A DNA stretch of 64,000 bases. Source: the human T2T-CHM13v2.0 reference genome, Homo sapiens. The notes beneath the pieces are model-generated. The model was not told the DNA's origin and did no database searches. It saw only the letters and a program-made list of their open reading frames with translations. The stretch's first letter is position 1. Every line of letters starts with the position of its first letter. Positions 14,681 through 31,851 of this stretch are shown here, piece after piece. The position numbers and the translations under genes were made by a program. Where the stretch lies: the NCBI RefSeq assembly GCF_009914755.1, contig NC_060931.1; one strand, 5' to 3'.

Positions 14681-15759
14681 GGTAGAGGAAATTGGCGAAA
14701 GCTGCATCTTGTTGCATCTTGTAAGATGTGACAATGAGTCTTACCCCACCTCTTCATAATATGCATTTAAATATTTTTCATGGAGGTTCATTTTATCATT
14801 ATCATCCTATCATTTTAACAATGAGTAATAATCCTGAGTATTAGGAAATTGCTTTAATTTCATTAGCTTTTTATGTCTGTAATTTTCAGATTAATTTTAT
14901 AAGAATTCCTTCAGAAGATTCGTATGGGGAAAGTGATTATTTGTACCTAAGAAATTAAAGCAAAATTTACAGAGAAAAGTTAAGCAAAAGTTTTCATTCG
15001 AAATAGATAAAACATTGGACTTTATTTTTTATGTCAACTATGGCATGGTTTAGGAATAGAAGAGTTTTTTTTTAACTTAGAAATATTTATAGATATATAC
15101 TGCAACTTTCTTCTTGAAGTTTTTCATTTGGGGTACTCATGGAGAAGAGAATATCTGATGTGACAATCTTGTTATATTTGTTCATTCATTTTAATGAGTT
15201 TTTGACATGTGCTCTACCAAAAAAGATACCTTGTAGTAAATGACTGAGTAATGAAAGACTGTATTTTGATGAGAAAAAAATCATTTTTTTTTTTGTTGGG
15301 TGGTGAATCAGACTGTCATTCTAACACTAACCATCTTCCCTTTCTAAGAGGTGTTTTTTTTTTCTTTCTATTATAACAAAATGCATTTACTGTTGTCCAG
15401 AAAGGGTATTCCTTGAGAGAAATGTGGATGAAATGAGCATTATTATTTAACAAGCTAATTAAAAAGTAAAATATGTTAAGTCTATTTTTTTAGTATACTC
15501 AGTTTACATTAAGTTTTTTTCCAGATATGTAACATAATACCATAAGTATCCCTTTGTTAGCTCTATGACAAGATAGGAAGGCAGACTTAGCCATAGGTTT
15601 TAATTTGGAAAACATAGTTTTGTAGATTTAAATAAAACTGAATTTCAATTAAATTGTATTTTTCTATACTTTAAGTTGTAGAAAATTTTTTAACGTAGCT
15701 CTATTATCTCTTTTCTCTTTCTTTTTGTCTTTCCTCCTTCCTTCCCCTCTTCCTTTCTT

Positions 15760-16705
15760 CAAGGGATCTTCATCTCTAATTATATTCTAACTTCTTCCCA
15801 ATATATGCCTGCAGCTCAGACCTTCCTCCTGTGTCCTAAATGTCTATAATTAGCTTCCTATCAGACTTCCGCAAATAAATGTGACTCAGAAATTTCAAAC
15901 ACAGTATACAATACTAAACATATGAATTTTCTGTCGAAACTTCACTCTGTTATTCATCTGGTCAATCCTAAAAATACTGTGATACTTCTTCCCTCTCATT
16001 TATATGAACAGTTTGTTACTTTTCTTCCTCCAACTTGTTTCTCAATGCTTATGTCTTAAATCTCAACCTTATTGCTCTAATGAAGATCTACATTAGCATT
16101 TCTCTTCATAAATAGATAACATTCTAATATGTCTTTTAACCAGTTCTTTTTCTTGTTACTAAAGATGTCTTTCCAAATTACACACTTGATCCTCTTATCC
16201 TTCTGTGCATAAGTCTTGTGACTTTCCATTGTGCACAAAATCAAAAACTATCTCTTCATCATCACATTCAAAAACCTTTGTAATTCGGCCTCATCTGATC
16301 TCAAGTTCAGCCTTCCTCCTGTGTACTTTTAAGTATTAATACTAATATTCCCCGAGTACAACTTGTACTATCAGGGACACCGCCTGTCTCGTACTCTTTT
16401 TCCTGTCTAGAAAGTCTTTCCATCATCACTTAATGACTTTTCTTTTTTCAAGGTGTAGTTGCATTGATGAAGCCTCTCAAAAGAGATCTAGGATATTATA
16501 TTCATTCTCCAGACAAAACTAACACACGTGTAAAGTGGTGCTTCAACCAAACATACTTAACTACAATAATTACTGCACTTTGGCATAATTATTTCTAAAG
16601 AAATTCACTCTCTACACTGTGGCATTTTGAGTGCAGGATCGTTTGTGTATCCCTAGCAGTGTGTGCAGCTCATAGTAGTCGCTGTTATCTATTACCCAAA
16701 TGAAG
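15760..16705 (+). mobile_element. L2 LINE fragment
   Basis: Degraded L2 motifs ending TGTATCCCTAGCA...CATAGTAG...AATGAA. Confidence 0.65.
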
Positions 16706-17439
16706 AGACCACGGCTGAAACAATACTTGTTCCATTTCTGTTTCTAATCATATGGCTGTGTTCCAGTTTTATTTCTTTGGATCTTGTGTTTACAACTCTC
16801 AAATTTAGAGGTTTAGTTAGATTTTAATATTCTTTCAACAATGAAAAATAGTTGGTATTTTTTAGTTTTTTCTTTGAACTTTGATAATACTTGCTGTTTA
16901 ATATATACAGACAAATTTTTAAAATTGGAATTAAAGAATAGATGTATCAGCTTAGATGGATATTAACACATCTATTTCACTTGCAAGCATTTGGCTTTTG
17001 CTTCTTTATTAATAAAACATATTTTAAAGAAGAATATATGATTTTAGCATTAATAGATGAATTTAAAGGAAATTTACCACTTCTACTTGTTACTGAAATC
17101 CAAGCCAGAGTGCTTGGCAATATTTATTATGTTCCATACCTTTCATGGAACTCAGATGCCTTTCCAAATATGACTTTATTAATCTTTCAATCTTGCAGTG
17201 CAATATCAACAGATTGATCAAATCTATTACAGTCTATGCTCCAGAAATTTCTAAAAAATTGAGACAAAAATTTCCAATTTTTTACAGTATCAGCTGCTTT
17301 TTGCACAGAATTACCCAGCATGCAGGAGATAACATGAAGGGAAAATTTGTCCTTGGCAACCTATGCAGTACATACAACATCCACAAGGAGGTCTATGTGC
17401 ATATTTTCTTTCTTATTCTTCTCTCCTTTCTCTTGCCCC

Positions 17440-17452
17440 TGCTTCTTTTTTC

Positions 17453-17483
<31 letters not shown>

Positions 17484-17763
17484 GAGACTCCGAGTCTCTC
17501 TCTGTCGCCCAGGCTGGAGTGCAGTGGCGCATCTCGGCTCACTGCAAGCTCTGCCTCCCGGGTTCACGCCATTCTCCTGCCTCAGCCTCCCGAGTAGATG
17601 GGACTACAGGCGCCCATCATCACGGCTGATTTTCTGTATTTTTTTAGTAGAGACAGGGTTTCACCGTGTTAGCCAGGATAGTCTCGATCTCCTGACCTCG
17701 TGATCCACCCACCTTGGCCTCCCAAAGTGCTGGGTTTATAGGCGTGAGCCACCACACCCGGCC
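17440..17763 (-). mobile_element. AluY
   Basis: T-rich tail plus Alu body with GCAAGCTCTGCC and TTCACGCCATT. Confidence 0.93.
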
Positions 17764-18999
17764 TTCCTCCTACTTCTTTTTCCTCTTCTCAAAAATTTGT
17801 TTTTAAATGATGTGTAAAATAATTTTAAGTACGTATTTGAAGTAACTGTATCTAATTATATTGATATTTAGTATTAATGTACTGCATGCCCTTAAATATA
17901 TATTTCCATTTATTTTATATTAGATTAGGCTATAGAGAGTTCTTAGAATTTACTGGGTAAATTGTATACATAAATTGCAAAGCATTGAAATTGTTACTTA
18001 TATTCCAAAACTCATTTGTATATTTCATTCAGTCACATATTCAAGTACATATTTTGTTTTGTTTTTGAGACTAGTATTTGTTTTTTCCTTTTTATTAGTT
18101 TATTCTGTTATAAACTTTAATTTTAGTGATGATGATAAAATACATGCAATGTATTTTAATGCTTTTAATGACAGAAATGAATTAAGGGCAATTTTTGGAT
18201 CGAACTGTAATTTAATTTAATTTCACAGTAATTAAAGCAGTTTTAAAAAAATATTTAGGATTTGTGTGTATATACAATTTTTTGATATTTTGCATATTTG
18301 GCAATGATGATAAATAAATTAGTCTATATTTTGAAGTACACATTTTTAATTATCTATTAATTAATATACGTGGCAGGAACCCAGATCATGCTCAGTCTTT
18401 AAGTATCTTTTGGGAACAAACAAATGCGAAGAAATAAGAAGGTGAAAGATGAAAAGGCTATTATTTATGGACATTCTAGTAATTATTTTCTTGAAGCAAA
18501 AAACTCATTCAGAAAAAATTAACATACAGAAAAAGAAAACCCTGAAAAATAGCAGGAAGGACTGACACTGTGAGATTACTCATTTCCCTACAGAATTAGG
18601 AGAAAAGCTCTATTTTTCCTGGTAAAGAATTTTTTGAAAAAGCAAGTAAGACAGGTTTAATTAGACAATTTAGAAAACTAAGTAGATCAATATTCCTATA
18701 AATAATCATGATTTTACAGGCATAAATTATGGAAGAAAAAGGAATACAAATTTTATTAGTATTCTTTTCAAAGTGTGATGTATTAGCCAGACCCTAAGGA
18801 CATGTACTAAGACGTTTTATCATGATGCAAACATTCTATATATTTTTAAACACATTTCCAGTAGAGTAGAACACCTCTCCATCAGAAGCACAGTCTAAAC
18901 CAGGCCCAAGTTGTCTTAAATCCTGAAGATTCTGTATACACAATCAGGGAAGGTACATAGAAATGCTTGAGACAGTTTGTATCAGGCCGGATATATTTT

Positions 19000-19900
<901 letters not shown>

Positions 19901-20114
19901 CTGGAAAAAAATTACAATTGGTGTTGCATCACATCTGGAGGCCCAGGCAGAACTCTTCCATGCTGATTTCTACATCCTTTTATTATAAATGCAGTAGTCT
20001 TAGAGCAATTACTTGCTTCTTGGCACTACAAGATGCCCAAAGCTGACCTTTCCCAGACCTAGAATTTTTCATGCTGGAAGAAGGTGAATATGTGTGAACA
20101 AGAGGGCATACTTT

Positions 20115-20571
20115 GATAAACTGGATTGTATTCAGCAAACATTCGTTCATCTCTCCCTCTCTCTTTTTCCTTGGATCGGAGTATACTTCCCTGCCTCTGT
20201 TCCTTTGGGACTAGCCCTGTGATTTGCTTTGATCAATGGAATGTGAGCAGAGATTATGTAAGCAGAAGCTTTAAATGGAATTACATAATTTAGCTTGTCA
20301 CCTGTGATTGGTGATTCTCCATGAGAATATGCCTTGGGTAGGTTTTAGTTAATGAAAACTGAAGCACTCATAGAGCAGATATAAACTCAATATACAGCCT
20401 GTGCTAAACTGAGAAAATCAACAGCTTAAAGATGTAAAAGCCACAGCCAATGCACATACTGTGAGAAAAATAAATAAATAAATGAGAAAAATAAATGTTC
20501 ATTGCTTTAAATTGCTAAGTTTTGCATTCTTATTGTTAAGCAGCATTGTTGTAATATTAGTTGACTGATGT
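20115..20571 (+). mobile_element. MLT1I/J-type MaLR LTR
   Basis: CGGAGTATACTTCCCTGCC...TGTGATTTGCTTTGATCAATGGAATGTGAGCAGA; ends GCAGCATTG...GACTGATG. Confidence 0.75.
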
Positions 20572-20899
20572 GTAGATCAAGTTATGGCCACAACTGATTC
20601 TGCTACATATTGCCAATTTCCAACCATTTGGGATACTGTCCTTTCCACTCCTACCAGCAATGTAAGTATGTTTTTGTTTCCATTCAGTCTTGTAAACAGA
20701 ATGCATCATCCAACTTCTGTATTACAGTGAAGTAGATGAAAAATACTATGTAGTTTAATGTGCATTTTTCTTATAATAAAGGAGAAAATTTTTAGTTTTC
20801 TTTTTTTATTCAGTTCCACATTTTCATGCCTTCTGGAAAATGTAGAAAGTAAAAAAAAAAAAAAATAGAAAACTAATACAAAAATTTGGGACTTATGTA

Positions 20900-21700
20900 A
20901 GAGAAAGCATGTACTTCCATAAAATATAAATAAATTTCAAAAAATCAAGAAGTAAAAATAAGCACCTATTAAAAATAAAGATATGAACAGATATTCTCCG
21001 AAAAAAAAGTAGGTTAAACATCCTTAACACGTAAAGAAAAGTGACATATATCTAGAGAGTTGGTAATAAAACTTCAGATCACCAAAAACAAATAAGAAGA
21101 TCAAAGTGACTACAGAGAAAAGGTAGATTCACTACAGAGAACTGACAATTATAGACAGGCAGTTGATTTTGCAATGGCAACAAATGAAGTAACAGAGAGG
21201 TAGAGTCATACCTGTACATCGTGCTGGCAGAAGATAGCTTTCAAGCCAGCAAAATCAATTTTTTAAGAATAAGTGTAAAATAATGATATTCTCAAACAAT
21301 ACATACAACAAAACTTCAGAGAGTTATATATGTAGAGGCTTACAAATTAAAATTCTCAAAAAGAAGCGCTTCAGGAAGTAAAATGATTTCAAAAATAAAT
21401 GTGAAGTAAAATATGAGGTGAAATGGGGCAAAAGGCAATGGTGGATAAATCTAAACATTGACTGTATAAAATAAGAAAAATGATACCTACTTGAAGTACT
21501 GGGAAATAATAACATAAAGATGAACATATTTCAAAAAATTAGTATCATTCAAACCTGCATTTCCAATAGAATACACATGGATTAGATTACTTAAATTAAA
21601 GATGATAATATTAACAACAAAACACAAATACATAGACAAAACTTAAAGTGTAGCTAAATTACCTAAAGTTTAAAAGATTAAAATTGCCTTAGGAAATTAA
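20900..21700 (+). mobile_element. Ancient L1M/HAL1 ORF1-region fragment
   Basis: A-rich degraded ORF1-like motifs; boundaries approximate. Confidence 0.4.
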
Positions 21701-22379
21701 TAAAATTGAAGATAGACAACATGAAAATATGCATGTTCATTTAAGTTTTATTTCTTAACAATTTTAAGTTATATAAATTTCACAGTTTATAGTGCATTTG
21801 AAAATAATTTAAAAAGTGTAATTCATTTATTTTATTTTGTAAATGATAAGTAAAAAATAAACATGTATATTTACATATCTACATATGTGTATATGTGTTT
21901 AATGTTTAGATTTTTACCTTAAAAGTTGTAGAAAATACTTTACCTATTATATTAATTTTTAAAACTTTACTTAGACATCCCACTTTTTATTTCCTGTGCA
22001 TTTACCCAGCTATAGTTTAAATTATTTATTGGGACCTAGAAAAACATTAAAGTTATGAACAGCTAGATGTCCAGAAAGTGAGCAACTCTTTGATATTTTA
22101 CCTCCTAGTTAATATTTAGAAATTCTTTATCAACGTTCAAATATTATTCACTACTGTATATACTCAACAACAGAATTTTTCTAATGAATATATTTATTTT
22201 CTACAGCCAGGCATTATAATCTTTAAGGGCAAATAACTAGGATAAAAAAGCCGAATTTCTCATTATTTGCATTTTTCCCTAGATTTTACATTTTGGAATC
22301 AACAATGAAGAATTACAATTACACACATCAAATTTTTTATAAGATTTAATATAAACTCATTTTGATGAGCACTAATGAA

Positions 22380-22590
22380 GTTAGCAATGGCTAGCACTCT
22401 CTCAATATGTTCCAGATGTCTTTAAGTTTGCTACCTGTATTCATTTAATCCTGAAAAGACTACTATCTCTTTTTTACAAGTGAGAAAAGGATGCCTCATG
22501 AATTAAAGTTCCTGGGAACACATAGAATGAGGTAGAGTTGGAAGTGAAGCAGATAATTTAACAACATAGCCTGTGTTCCTTATAGTACTA
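22380..22590 (-). mobile_element. MIR
   Basis: TCATTTAATCCT...TTTTACAAGTGAGAAA MIR core, antisense. Confidence 0.6.
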
Positions 22591-22755
22591 CAATAAAGAC
22601 AAGTCAGAAAATGTATTTCCTACCTCATAACTAGTCAGGGAAGAATACAATGGAGAAAATCGGTAGAACCAAGACACAGAATATAGACTTGAATAAAAGC
22701 AAGAGTTAAACTGTTTTTAAATTTTAAGGGCAAATAACTAGGAAGAAAAAAACAC

Positions 22756-22786
<31 letters not shown>

Positions 22787-22790
22787 AACA

Positions 22791-23099
<309 letters not shown>

Positions 23100-23167
23100 T
23101 CATTATCGGCATTTCTAATGACCTAATCCAGGGATTTACCATAGAATAGAATCAGAGAGAGAGATTC

Positions 23168-23177
23168 CAAGATGGCC
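23168..23177 (+). promoter_or_regulatory. L1 YY1-binding motif
   Basis: CAAGATGGCC at the L1 5' terminus. Confidence 0.8.
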
Positions 23178-23658
23178 GAATAGGAAGAGCTCCAGTCTGC
23201 AGCTCCCAGCATGAGCGATACAGAAGATGGATGATTGCTGTATTTCCAACTGAGCTTTGAAGAGAGTAGTGCTTCTCCCAGTACGGAGTTTGAGATCTGA
23301 GAACGGACAGACTGCCTCCTCAAGTGGGTCCCTGACCCCCAAGTAGCCTAACTGGGAGACACCTCCCAATAGGGGCCAACTGACACCTCATACAGCCAGG
23401 TGCCCCTCTGAGACGAAGCTTCCAGAAGAAGGATCAGACAGCAACATTTGCCATTCTGTAATATTTGCTGTTCTGCAGACTCCGCTGGTGATACCCAGGC
23501 AAACAGGTCTGGAGTGGACCTCCAGCAAACTCTAACAGACCCACAGCTGAGGGTCCTGACTGTTAAAAGGAAAACTAACAAACAGAAAGGACATCCACAC
23601 CAAAACCCCATCTGTACGTCACCATCATCGAAGACCAAAGGTAGATAAAACCACAAAG

Positions 23659-24594
23659 ATGGGGAGAAGCCAGAGCAGAAAAGCTGAAAATTCTAAAAAT
23701 CAGAGCGCCTCTTCTCCTCCAAAGGAACACATCTCCTTGCCAGCAACGGAACAAAGCTGGATGGAGAATGACTTTGACAAGTTGAGAGAAGAAGGTTTCA
23801 GACGATTGGTAATAACAAACTTCTCCAAGCTAAAGGAGGATGTTTGAACCCATGACAAAGAAGCTAAAAACCTTGAAAACAGATTAGACGAATGGCTAAC
23901 TAGAATAAACAGTGTAGAGAAGTCCTTAAATGACCTGATGGAGCTGAAAACCATGGCACAAGAACTACGTGATGAATGCACAAGGTTCAGTAGCCAATTT
24001 GATCAAGTGGAAGAAAGGGTATCAGTGATTAAAGATCAAATGAATGAAATGAAGTGAGAAGAGAAGTTTAGAGAAAAAAGAGTAAAAAGAAATGAACAAA
24101 GCCTCCAAGAAATATGGGACTACGTGAAAAGACCAAATCTATGTCTAATTGGTGTACCTAAAAGTGACGGGGAGAATGGAACCAAGTTGGAAAACACTCT
24201 TCAGGGTATTATCCAGGAGAACTTCCCCAACCTAGCAAGGCAGGCCAACATTCAGATTCAGGAAATACAGAGAACACCACAAAGATACTCCTCGAAAAGA
24301 GCAACTCCAAGACACATAATTGTCAAATTCACCAAATTTGAAATGAAGGAAAAAATGTTAAGGGCAGCCAGAGAGAAAGGTCGGGTTACCCACAAAGGGA
24401 AGCCCATCAGACTAACAGCAGATCTCTCGGCAGAAACTCTACAAGCCAGAAGGGAGTGGAGGCCAATATTCAACATTCTTAAAGAAAAGAATTTTCAACC
24501 CAGAATTTCATGCCTTACAAGAGCTACTGAAGGAAGCACTAAACATGGAAAGAACAACCAGTACCAGACATTGCAAAAACATGCCAAATTGTAA
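23659..24594 (+). pseudogene. Disrupted L1 ORF1p
   Basis: MGRSQSRKAENSKNQ...KRPNL...TPRHIIVKF; in-frame stops and a ~90-bp deletion at ~24511. Confidence 0.93.
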
Positions 24595-24657
24595 AGACCA
24601 TTGAGGCTAGGAAGAAACTGCATCAACTAACAAGCAAAATAACCAGCTAACATCATA

Positions 24658-28560
<3,903 letters not shown>

Positions 28561-30214
28561 ACAATGAGAACACTTGGACACAGTGGGGAACGCTTGGACA
28601 CCCAGCCTGTCGTGGGGTGGGGGGAGGGATGAGGGATAGCATTAGGAGACATACCTAATGTAAATGATGAGTTAATGGGTGTAGCATGCCAACATGGCAC
28701 ATGTATACATGTGTAACAAACCTGCATGTTGTGCATATGTACCCTAGAACTTAAAATATAAAAAATAATAGAATCGTAGAACAATTTACAGAAGAAAATC
28801 TTTGCAGTCTAAAGAACTAAAAAAAAAAAAAAAAAAAAAAAAAACAAGTATTTTCCTTAGAAGAACAGAGATACAAATACCTGTTGCTGAGGAATGAAGA
28901 GCAGTTGAAGGAAGTCTTATTGAATACACTCGAATTTTCTTAAAAAATAGGTATGAGTGAGTGACGCCATTAGGAAGAGAAGAAACAAAGCTTACATCCA
29001 GTGACAACAATGCAAAATTAACAAGACGTCAATAACATTGAGGGGCACACAAACACATTCACTGAGAGCCCAGAGAAAAGTTAGAGCCAAAGGTGATTTG
29101 CATAAAAATATATTGGAGTGATTGGAGCCAATCGGTATCATTATAAAACTGTATTTTTCAGAGTGCCCAAGCTCAAAGTAGGAAAGAGACAGAAGCAAGT
29201 TTATTTACCACTGTCTAGGGACTGGCAAGATTGGTGCAGATAAGATAATATGTAAAGCATTTAATATTTAAAAGTTTACAGCCAAAGAAACCTTAGTAAT
29301 GAACTTGGTAGGGCCAGATATTGTAAAGTAGTTTCTTCTCTCATTTACTGTGAGGAAGCATTTAATGATAAAAACGTCTTCAAATTATCATTTTTAAATA
29401 CTTAAGTTATAGAAAAATGTAGGCAATTCAAAATGAAACATGCCAATGAACCTAAGAACAAACACAGCTGGAATACTTTTGGGCTTTTGTAAAATTGGAA
29501 TTATATCTGTTTCTTGTTTTTATCTTATCCAATTAATATATTTAGGAGATCAGGATTTGGCATGGTTCTGGAAAAAGTGTTGCCTTCTGGGATATAGAAC
29601 AGAGTGCACAGGCAGTTTGGACCACAGAGATATAGCTGGCAGCATCAAGCTGCCTTATTAAATTAAGTTTCTTCTACCTTTTTTCTACCACTGAAGATAG
29701 AGGCTCAAGAGTTATGTTGCAAGAGGTTGGACTTTGTGAAAGGCTACTAAAAGCTCTTTTGTTTATGAAAGATGTTTTGGCTGATTCAACTTTTTTGACA
29801 TGGTTTGCATTCCATAGTTGAGAAGGAAAACATGTGGTCTTTAAAATCTTCCAGCAATCTGTTGGCAAAGTCTGTCTTAATTATTCTTACCCCCGATTTT
29901 TATATCAGCACTGTTGTAGTTAGAGTGCAGGCAATGGGTATTGCAAAACACTAACAAATAAAATTAAAAGAGACAATATTTCAGCATAATTAGTGAGAGC
30001 AGATTGAATTTTAATCATCTTGCCCAAGCTAAGTGGAGAAGCAAGTGAATTTTCAAAAGGACTTGCAGAAGGAAAAAATGGTGATGATGCCAAGAAAAAT
30101 GAAGCCGCGGTGAATGGAAAAGAATAGAGTTCAGTCTTTGAGGAGCATAAAACTTAGGCTCTAGGCGATTATGGCTAAAGTTAAGGGTTCAACATGAGAC
30201 AGTGGCATCAGAGT

Positions 30215-30960
30215 ACATTAGAGTTTAAATGCTCTTAAGGGGCTACCTAGTCCATTTATCAATGTATTAGAAAATTATCTCTAAACAAATGACAGTCTAA
30301 ACTTTTATTAATACCTCAAAAGATGCAAACAACTGATGGTAAAGCTTATTCCACAGATTTCCAACTCTAATTGTTGAGGACCTAGTGCCTCCTTATACTA
30401 AACCATATTTGTTTTTGTATAACTTGCAATAACTGAATCTAATTTTATTTTCTGGACCAGCCTAAAATACATTATTCTTTTCCTCATATTGTAAAAATTT
30501 AAGTGATTTTAGAGATCATTTTCTTCCTTCAAGTATTCTTTTTTCATGAGTTTTCTCATTTCTTCAAGTATTTTTCAATTACATCATTACAAACAACCTC
30601 GCTTAATTTATTCTCTTATGTATTTTCTATATTTGTCATCAATTCCTAAAATCCTATAAGCCTAAACATTTAAAATATGATCTAGGAAGTACCAAGAAGA
30701 GTGACAATTATTTCTCCTCTTATATGTAATACCATCTTCAAAGTGATCTAAGTTCTATTTGTATCATTTATTTAATATTTTGACCCAAACATGCAGTGAA
30801 CTAAATTCCCTAAGTTATGTTTTCCATACATCAGTCTTTGCCATCTCGCATTTGAAATTTACCTTCATATCCCTATTAAATTTCATAGTATTTCTATTTT
30901 TATCTGTCTTCTCTGTTTTGCTATCCTTCCCAACTTCGCGTCATTTAAAAATTAGTTAAG
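30215..30960 (-). mobile_element. L3/CR1 LINE relic
   Basis: AGCTTATTCCAC...ACTCTAATTGTT resembles a CR1 3' region in reverse. Confidence 0.45.
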
Positions 30961-31851
30961 TGTAAATCAGTGTTATCTTTGAAGGAACTAGATAAAAAGT
31001 ATTGAAATTATTTGACTCCAGGACATGGTAAGGATGAAATCACCAGGATGTACATGCTGACACACACACAAAAATGAATGGGGTGAAACAATGGTGACAG
31101 AGAAGAATCGTGTTGTATCACAATTCCGACATCAAACATGTCTCTCTACTACATATAGTTAAGCTTTAAGGGAGGGTGCTAGAATTAAGATACTGTAACA
31201 CAATTCAGCATATTGGAACTTTGGTATGAATGGATTCCAGAGAGAAAAAAAAGAGAGAGAGAGGGAGGCAGAAAGTGCTATGCAAAATATGTCAAAATAT
31301 TTTCATTTTAATTTAGGCTTGCTTCTGGATGGAAGTTTTTCTTTTCAAAGCTAAAGTTTGTGGTTTTTTGACATGGAGAATTATATATTTGAATCAAGGT
31401 AATGCCTGAACTAAAGTGGTATGATAAAACCAAAGACTGACATTAGATAATATAACGGAAATGAAATATAAATCAAAAGTGTTCCTTTCTTAAATAATTG
31501 AATTCATAACTCATGAGTTTGAATTTCAAATTTTATTCACTTATTTTAGGATGGCTTTCTAAATTGGCTTTTCCCATTTGATATGCCAAAAACACTTGAT
31601 AGCCCAAACTTTCCTATTATAGAACTACTTTGATAAACTAACTTTGAAGTTGATAGGATTATTGCAGACAAAAAAGAATGATACTGCAATGCTTGAAATT
31701 TAGGTCAATATACATCATCTTAAAGATTTTGTAATTTGATGTGGACATTTTCACATTGCTGTGTTAAGTATCACGAAGGATACAAATAATTAAAGATCTA
31801 GTGTCTCCTCTTTGTGTGTTTGAAATCTCATAGGATAAAAAAGAAATGTAA

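Noticed and set aside
29575-29635. AFWD...W motif reminiscent of an adhesion-GPCR GPS domain
   Set aside because: Lacks the GC and CxC-HLT motifs, and no 7TM exons were found
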